DNA of 59,313 bases from positions 1 to 59,313 of IMG/VR virus record IMGVR_UViG_3300037558_001138; one strand, given 5' to 3'. Under the pieces are notes generated by a model, which was given only the letters and a program-made list of their open reading frames with translations, did no database searches and was not told the DNA's origin. Shown here piece by piece: positions 56,301-59,313 of the stretch (its first letter is position 1; every line of letters begins with the position of its first letter). The position numbers were made by a program, and so were the translations under genes. This DNA comes from a virus (lineage: Duplodnaviria; Caudoviricetes).

Positions 56301-59104
56301 GTGATGCTATGCAAGAGCTGGGTAAACTTGGTGTTAATGTTAATGCTGATAGTTTCCAGACGTTGGAGCAAACGGGTTGGTTGAAGTCTCGTCTTATGGA
56401 CGCCTCACGTCAGGGTACAACAGAACTTTCTTTCTTGGATAAGATTGTAAGGGATGCTAGTCAGAAACAAAGAGTCGCGTTTAACTCTCGTGCTAAGCGG
56501 TATATGGATTCTAGTAAACTGTTTAAAGAAACGGCTTACTTTAAGAAACACGGTTGGAACGGGATGGTACAGCTAGATGCAAAGGGTAACCCTACTGCTA
56601 ATATGCTGACCATGCTTAGCGGTTCTTATGAGGCTGAGTACGATTTAAAGCGTGCGGAATTGGGTAATACTAAAGCTTTCTACGATTGGAAGAAAAGTGT
56701 AACTGGTCGCATTGATATCGGTGCTATGTTCGATCTAACTGGCACTGAAGTCAAAAGGAAGAACAACCCTAAATACCTGGAGTATTTGACTAAAACCTAT
56801 GGCAAAGCTGGTGCAGCAGAGTTTTTGCAGCAGCAGGAAACAATGCTACAGGAATATTTAGATATGCGAACAAGTGAGTTTGATACGTTGGACATTACTC
56901 TAGGAGAAAATGCGGCGGATGCAAAGGCTTTATGGGATGCAAAGAATAGTCCTATCCAAGCATACAAACGTGCAGAAGGTAAAGGCGGACGTCGTATCAA
57001 GGGTGCTACTGGGAGGTTCTTATTGGACATTCCTTTACGCACTTTGAAAGGTAAAGCCACCGGTTATTATGATGCTAGGTTTGCAGAGCTGCAAGCTGAT
57101 CCTGAAGCACTAGCATTTTATAATGACTACCGTCAGCAGATGAAGGAAATGATGGCTATGCTTCCTGCGCATAAGATGACACGTGAAGCCCACCTGGTAC
57201 GTAATGGACTGTTTATCCCAGCAATTGCGAAATCATTGACGAACGATTTATTTAAATCTGGGGGACTGGCAAATATGATGGAGCAGCTTCCTGATAATAT
57301 TCGAGGCGCTTTCACTATTGACCCTTCCTATAATGTAAATAAACTCATCGACCCTGTTACGGGGCGACCGCGTCAAGAACTGCCTACATACTTTTTAGGG
57401 CAGGTCGATCCTGAAAGTCAGGAGTATGATATGGATAGGACATTCCTTGCTTTTGCTATGATGGCGACTACTTACGATAGTAAGAACGCCATTGAGGATA
57501 AAGTCCGAATGACTAAGAGTGTGATGGGCAATGCACGTATGCGCACTAATAAAAAAGGCCTTACTGAAACACTCTTAAACAAACTAGGGGCGGAGTCACC
57601 TCCTGGGTATGCAGATGAAGCCAGTAGGGAAACTACTATGAAAACTGTAGATACAGTAGTAGATACTTTCTACGGGTACCAAGGTGCAGACGTAACGTAT
57701 GCAGCGGGTAGGAATCTGTGGACAAAGGAGCAGACGGAAAAAATAGATGCTTTGGAAGAAAACAAACTGGCTGCTAAAACAGAGGAAGAAAAAGAGCGGA
57801 TTCAAAATGAAATTGATGAAGCTACTCCACAAGTAAGTGTAGGTAAAGGTGTTCGCGGTATGCAGCAGTTTATTCAAGCAAAGGGTATGGCGTGGAATGT
57901 CCCAGCAGCTGTTGTTAACATGGTGTTTGGTGCTATAAGCGTCTTCAAACATGCAAGCGGTCAACGTGACTTTACTGAAGCAGACACTCGTAAAGCTACA
58001 GGTATCATGCTTAACAGTACCTGGAATAATATGAGTTTGAATACAGGGCTAACACAGAATGCTGCAGCGTTGAAGATTCAGAATATGATGATCAACTTTG
58101 ATGTACTTAAGGACTTTACAGAGATGCGCTATGATGTCCGCAAGTTTGTCAATCAGGCAAGTGAAGCAGGGGTTAACCAAGCAGCACGCCAGGGCTTTAA
58201 TAAACTAAGGATGTACGAGATTCAACGTAGCTCTGAGTATTTTGTATACGGACAGGGTACTATTTCAGTACTGTTGAACGAAAAAGTAGATGGCAAAAGT
58301 TTATGGGAGCATATGAATGCAGACGGTGTTATTGATATTGATGGGTACCGCCCGGGTGAAGAAAAGCATTTGGCTTTGATGAATAAGATTGACCAGATTA
58401 ACAAACGCATTCACGGTAACTATGACCCAGCAAGCCCTATTGCAATTAAGAAAACATTGCTTGGCCCTCTTCTTATGCAGTTCCGTAGCTGGTTGCCTGA
58501 AGCAGTAGCATCTAGATTTGAGAAAGAAAAGTACGATCCGTATCTGCAACGAACTGTAAAGGGTACGTATCAAACAATGTTTTTTAGTAATGCTATGCGT
58601 AAGCATCTAGGCGCAATGCTGCCAATGCTTATGCCTAGTTGGGCACGTACGAAAGGCATGAATGAAATGAGTTCAGAAATTTCTGAAGTAGATCAAGAAA
58701 ACATTAGAAAGTTCGGAGCCAGCTTACGCCAGTATCTTCAAGTAATGATTCTTATTTCTGTCTTACGTGCCTTGAAAGATGATGAAGACGATAAAGAATC
58801 GTTAATGATTCTGAATGCAGGTCTGAATGTAGCGGACAGAGTTGAAAATGACTTAGCTTTGTTCGGTCGTCCTGGGGCATTCTTAGACATGACTCAAGGA
58901 GATTTCTTAGCTGCAATTGGAGCAGCTAGCGACGTTGAGAAATTTGGAGAAGCTGTAGTTAAAACAGCGCAAGGAGATGGAATGATTGAAACCGGCGTTT
59001 ACGCAGGTAAGTCACGAATGTGGCATCACTTCCAGAAACTAGTACCACACTTAGGTTCAGTACAACGTATGTCTAATAACTTGGATCGTGAACTAGGCTC
59101 TTAA
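44318..59104 (+). CDS. Giant virion RNA polymerase polyprotein (4928 aa) with zincin motif and membrane segments
   Basis: YRIPGQRKSS (~52691) and GQDYDIDKMF (DxDxD at 52811-52825). HEMIH (55268-55282) with downstream EEFVAE. N-terminal hydrophobic helices and EGFIEEGGQ. Confidence 0.9.
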   Translation: MAEENQKPVNLGDLGTASSSDIRKALEGQPSPVEADDSVDPTPPTETSASTPAVAGTDVDEILGGNAFNLSEKEDGTYEFFNPYDSNLDVDLDQFETQRRRVSEDSMLSGILNGVEGLEEGFTYGGIQDTVKRSEEAQGVVNKMKNGLTQLVADTGINVAQGFGSLLYGVPSAIVNGDITKLYDNSLANNLDKGTEFLDEFYKIKRGGDQSTGQKAANFLFDDVAGGASFVMGAIATEMAFTALSAATFGAAAPAQAAATAGLVARGTRLVHKAMQGGKALMSGSLVDDALRASRALGAKATREGASAALQTAAQAARTPMAMQAAARVSRQLITGASMESGMEARHMLNAAVENQKHQYEDLNGKGSFTEEMSGQFREEISGYADGVFGTNMALVGASNMLMFPKLFGVGLRKGMSTAKFIDTSKLSQRARARLAKNMGVVEGKLPRMVDAARGNTMGRIVGRGGQIGRVTAANTKNALYEGFIEEGGQGAISRSTEDYISKRYDPKGVEGTVRFADSFLEGLKGSYTTKDGFKEIGIGMLLAFTGVPMYARNQSTTASSESETAGKPEKKWKWQMMGGYADQRNALIAQDKNMDAIIALSEKHGDVGGILKAEISNMNRQNVLQSEQDVSIQEGRFKEAKDAEAEMIFSHAATKVVTGRYEQSIEEAQQVMDEMTDEELREQLGPDAKNMTGEDLRTHRNKAMESYRARMDRARQAYERAGEVYRGADPDIHTGVAHMLYMVQEKDAREKKIAEEMAGAIEGMNEGQILDFMQATRDLNNRDEVLGELLTLINRRKDIDKQLATKKSRGIIKNIDPKKQEARDAEVAILQESQQENLDAMQRLMDVMSTANNVDRNKYDFSSVDFLEGLALLHQEIQLQQTQGQGIQKADIEQLYADLQAVSADRMELINNYNDFISPGGVQRFEARMIGSIERLADMSPEERKESRQEAAAKEDAEATTPDSSDTPQAPAEETPAAQSSDPTVPGTPPTDDGSGSFEAPPGSDVGPDTAGFGFPDPTPGNVGVPKGVPGNMGLGEQGTVAAPTEVPTTEPAQQPARSGVGEVSFQFTNANNSTESNGKSPLNEKYLAGLKKVISGLPVGTALVASQNPDGKFSITADGVLLAEVKTLPTAIRNLLKTESSVQLVTTSEVGRKFVGGEAVNEIIDGELVSATRKKGQPAVESRVNKVLPNGAQDIKGMNIMPNTHHELLDVAGVDPMGNVQKVTPDARFAGNLLVSTVDSASKQEAWHSVQLDAMGSKRANQIVDLIDAFNQFAVSRDAMTPEQVQLLKTFADAADINLDKPTSEVAKRMRGELRSMLGVPYVSNQRKKLKKSISNPSARRPLLAIEPLGKKQEGIQLMSLHMGEENHSHDKAGNRVSAGSKIAAIHLASHRLNASTQGNVLVADGDGNFEAVEMRDMVDRFGSFSYRMPFVVDGKIYNTQFSTVEVGLEPMVPVPTDPRTDRAEVEAPTADPALFIDLDTLPTDLSNFTLDTDDYLPSSSQDAASTDPMERAGALYEVPGLTSRQLKDGLNFSTGVMARAFSTHLRTKNRYKPVSPDYLRRTVKGYLEAQLAHYKSLKQEGPVVQIVEAHEAYLSDKNFNPLMDLAMVSLLNQAEGSVRLRGKGGLEEALKNIGSSDPSAAELDEASQAERESNPMAAFDENFAFGVDPNSTLRLESKLLLMGLVDKYGVSANSLGLAGQKFINSKDLQSKLSSVLAGVDPSYDKVKERLEEYVATFPQFQSVLDTLSDQYALSSLPPGLKANSTAKEYAKIQKRALSVQDMIRNQFVVFASKESTTFDSATIVKAKAQNDPNGTPAEIKIWNSNSRNMREHVGNDMRSTLIERGFFDLEGKPVKSKFKAAYDQLIKISELPKPDQAKALAAVLKKEFGIAVPVVALTSANLTKTKKGAPVFKGIEKSLNNPKSQAGVFGRFRNALGVLSKKDLPLEDMISDTDGYGKDLINFFVGLADYRENFIQNSSKDGDNKVRYQFSAPKLIHQILRDIKAGAVQDPLSVLLGKRFAQLSQENQRLIGLTYLSGIKQDKGRERNFHAMQVGDNIMAQLAFYGNRNTFTQKNSRGEVVMVSKFLMPTLADKQTMPILQAPAMSAKQAGIVLNESVKDKAWESLKFKDVVPNVKGAYQGTLKDSIDLEVDRIMSIQSGNTEGMTAAQRVAVGFVMMPGLNGLAEAFVEGKISRADFRDKVHSKAVGMFEEAMDADIQHMLRETKGTIWEETTKRDGPKTIGKLNQFNASKGRRNTPSDFVRMHVAPGLDSVNKGGMHKVAFVAYLAKYSMDSLNVRTGIIMDTMGDPGAFVKTDKDTGKIKQAKTATNLGKRFASLIAPGTSIPFVSFNDRNGNPVSNEAVNFLVIPSRIVSKATHYDYLEKIGQSADELSMQEHYDSADAAEYTTVEEHLGILYAQGKISSFELEGILGKIAKGKKLEKAELAWFQPMKPVTTARVGNHMLYVKSASFPLVPQLTQGTELDKLRVFMEGNNVQRAAYDSAVKLGNEWADPNDKQATEDEKMIPVHEGANVVIDEEPLRMRVIRNVNRKYMRIQQEVPTSKTNEKVHGSQVAKLLLVDLIDAKFELNGESLTGRDMHGKYLQARRDEQDARLRLFSERYGLTIDKENNLYHTPESKQKFAERIQEEGISRGYGPNELAHLYFDDKLNAFTTPLEAGPSSERIENLIKSIVFSEVYEPSIEGFSGPIRPEVGLKTLDDKLVDQSDIMWLKKGGKKIFKGNKLKVAKKGQLDQIIMPWKYKASLEKYMDDDGNINADELPPELLKTFAYRIPGQRKSSSAAFEIVGFLPAEYGDTLIVNEELVGRVGQDYDIDKMFGFLYSIEQAEDGIISINRGDDTTKNRLAKARNEQVDIYIASMEAIDIAVERAVHAPVTDGYANSLADQMDQLLHDDAVLGLPMSQSYNSRKANAARSAKKSIGVFAVHNVLHAQLQQSLAASRNGGIEYMPEGFVTILSKPGAEKPTENTNFGDMGIHDTSFILDYKNTPVAGNRSDQFSRLLNHAVDNENNGLLDKLGITEDTWSLWTGLTHMGYNQETIGLLVAMPAVQEYLTAKSRSRRLGDSKELEVGIFIDQYARQLVDSKTGKVDLESMPALDKESMLGMAQGVSELSEKEQSMMNFQALLAVDKLENLRKDVAKVQNHMQLDTKRPKTMVALQVAIAKMEMPNKTESNGNVLPLDEAIGATGATVSGQVSGLVANTAMTLMNLQQNMLPMSDVMQLVKDFQKAELYDSVENSITTLVKGAKSATYALFTEKISGKTSEEIRSEAHDIDTGGIATRLIKARQNKAVANNPFIKQLVAVNAPNTYPHIEFPGDRQLESDPIELQRAFLDLLRSSDPEVKAFAEYLVSYALATSGGRLKARGYLKYVPAEYLQSKGLGDTVNTGAISEVLNNPSKITEIVRHNSELAPRFNKFSEAGIKLIQGVPHQRVGSASFKGHVRVGNKLYAPTEDLPGRDLDGVMVQQLKVVTELGDYLTDEYSTRSQPSDKLPTAKRPKGPSLSESPNMPVQYYDSITDAVPPEMGSFPEGVTGPPANMGLEGPKKKVNDEVVRSDNPNKMPMGIKEFLAISELRNNPFLQELARTQEALSPEDRVTVVVSDDLPGKGKYNAGTNTVTLRRDMINDSRAVTHEMIHAFTSLSIKVVQGQAKISDPKKKAEMEAAVNELKKLFKIVRSPESIAKMGLSFAGQQQAMRGYRAFRSQRDGKTLSAEELLDVEFFKENLDDYYAFVSLEEFVAESFSNKAFAERMSKLSLNRNETFIDRFIAAVNKALMALGVNFGKDTEFLREVYTVSMGIVDIQTGGQIGLIPGQDIPSSDLIDGVAAADVAGQNLRGVDQMQAYKEKRIRQFEELKSRYNGNREFVRRVEARLVQERKDLQALTDDSVEVTPDYMLSVGQRELDFARRTIENVDSTDPQIDMALSALENIYSVVEFYDKSRDILRDPALVDVATALRKEASELKDNYLDKARDILRRDAMQELGKLGVNVNADSFQTLEQTGWLKSRLMDASRQGTTELSFLDKIVRDASQKQRVAFNSRAKRYMDSSKLFKETAYFKKHGWNGMVQLDAKGNPTANMLTMLSGSYEAEYDLKRAELGNTKAFYDWKKSVTGRIDIGAMFDLTGTEVKRKNNPKYLEYLTKTYGKAGAAEFLQQQETMLQEYLDMRTSEFDTLDITLGENAADAKALWDAKNSPIQAYKRAEGKGGRRIKGATGRFLLDIPLRTLKGKATGYYDARFAELQADPEALAFYNDYRQQMKEMMAMLPAHKMTREAHLVRNGLFIPAIAKSLTNDLFKSGGLANMMEQLPDNIRGAFTIDPSYNVNKLIDPVTGRPRQELPTYFLGQVDPESQEYDMDRTFLAFAMMATTYDSKNAIEDKVRMTKSVMGNARMRTNKKGLTETLLNKLGAESPPGYADEASRETTMKTVDTVVDTFYGYQGADVTYAAGRNLWTKEQTEKIDALEENKLAAKTEEEKERIQNEIDEATPQVSVGKGVRGMQQFIQAKGMAWNVPAAVVNMVFGAISVFKHASGQRDFTEADTRKATGIMLNSTWNNMSLNTGLTQNAAALKIQNMMINFDVLKDFTEMRYDVRKFVNQASEAGVNQAARQGFNKLRMYEIQRSSEYFVYGQGTISVLLNEKVDGKSLWEHMNADGVIDIDGYRPGEEKHLALMNKIDQINKRIHGNYDPASPIAIKKTLLGPLLMQFRSWLPEAVASRFEKEKYDPYLQRTVKGTYQTMFFSNAMRKHLGAMLPMLMPSWARTKGMNEMSSEISEVDQENIRKFGASLRQYLQVMILISVLRALKDDEDDKESLMILNAGLNVADRVENDLALFGRPGAFLDMTQGDFLAAIGAASDVEKFGEAVVKTAQGDGMIETGVYAGKSRMWHHFQKLVPHLGSVQRMSNNLDRELGS

Positions 59105-59107
59105 CAA

Positions 59108-59313
59108 ATGACACATAAAACAATCTTGAAAACGCTTAGCCTACTCTGGTTAAGCGTTTTTCTTTCGTATAATAATAATGCTCAATGCGACGTGTCTATT
59201 ACGGGAGTCGACGTCAATACCTATGAGGTTACGGTTGAAGTAATTAATTCTACTGGTTGTACAGCAAACGGTCCCGGCGGAGTAGACGGCGCGGTAACTA
59301 TGCTGCAGATAGG
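59108..59313 (+). CDS. Secreted protein, partial (runs off window end)
   Basis: Not in track. MTHKTILKTLSLLWLSVFLSYNNNA|QCDVSITGVDVNTYEVTVEVINSTGC..., open to the end of the window, ATG 3 nt after the vRNAP stop. Confidence 0.7.
   Translation, partial: MTHKTILKTLSLLWLSVFLSYNNNAQCDVSITGVDVNTYEVTVEVINSTGCTANGPGGVDGAVTMLQI
59129..59165 (+). terminator. Terminator-like hairpin after vRNAP gene
   Basis: AAAACGCTTAGCC-TACTCT-GGTTAAGCGTTTT (13 bp, one G-U) continuing TCTTT. Overlaps the start of the next ORF. Confidence 0.55.

Noticed and set aside
44956-58606. Many 60-120 aa minus-strand ORFs within the vRNAP gene
   Set aside because: Antisense shadows with no start context or motifs.
3256-59104. 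Stop-codon reassignment (TAG/TGA recoding known in some crAss-like phages)
   Set aside because: All large genes are intact under the standard code, and TAG (27708-27710) and TGA act as normal stops.
1-59313. tRNA, rRNA, integrase or IS elements
   Set aside because: None recognised by eye and intergenic gaps are mostly too short. tRNAscan-SE would confirm.

Overview
This window is the late (packaging and virion) half of a crAss-like phage (Crassvirales-type podovirus) with a Bacteroidota host, probably an aquatic flavobacterium. The first ~1.1 kb holds small minus-strand genes. After a strand switch near 1.1-1.2 kb everything reads on the + strand. The order is: a Tad1-like putative anti-defence sponge, wHTH and HU/IHF-like genes, putative TerS, TerL, portal, scaffold-like protein, major capsid protein, ring/auxiliary-capsid/hub proteins, a metallophosphoesterase, a ~9.4 kb fibre block, a lysis module (DUF5675-type enzyme plus holin), ring proteins, the muzzle/tail-stabilisation protein, tiny Lys/Arg-rich proteins, cargo (ejection) proteins, and a 4928-aa virion RNA polymerase polyprotein (DYDID catalytic motif plus an HExxH zincin motif). 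The host call rests on TAnnTTTG promoter boxes, Gln-after-signal-peptide proteins and a T9SS sorting domain. The most striking accessory element is a translationally coupled four-gene envelope cassette at 34192-38027: a Cys-rich repeat protein with a T9SS C-terminal sorting domain, a probable outer-membrane beta-barrel, an inner-membrane coiled-coil protein and an exported thioredoxin-fold protein lacking CxxC. A standalone CxxC mini-protein lies just downstream, and another secreted protein starts at the window end. All family assignments come from motif recognition and remembered synteny; no searches were run.
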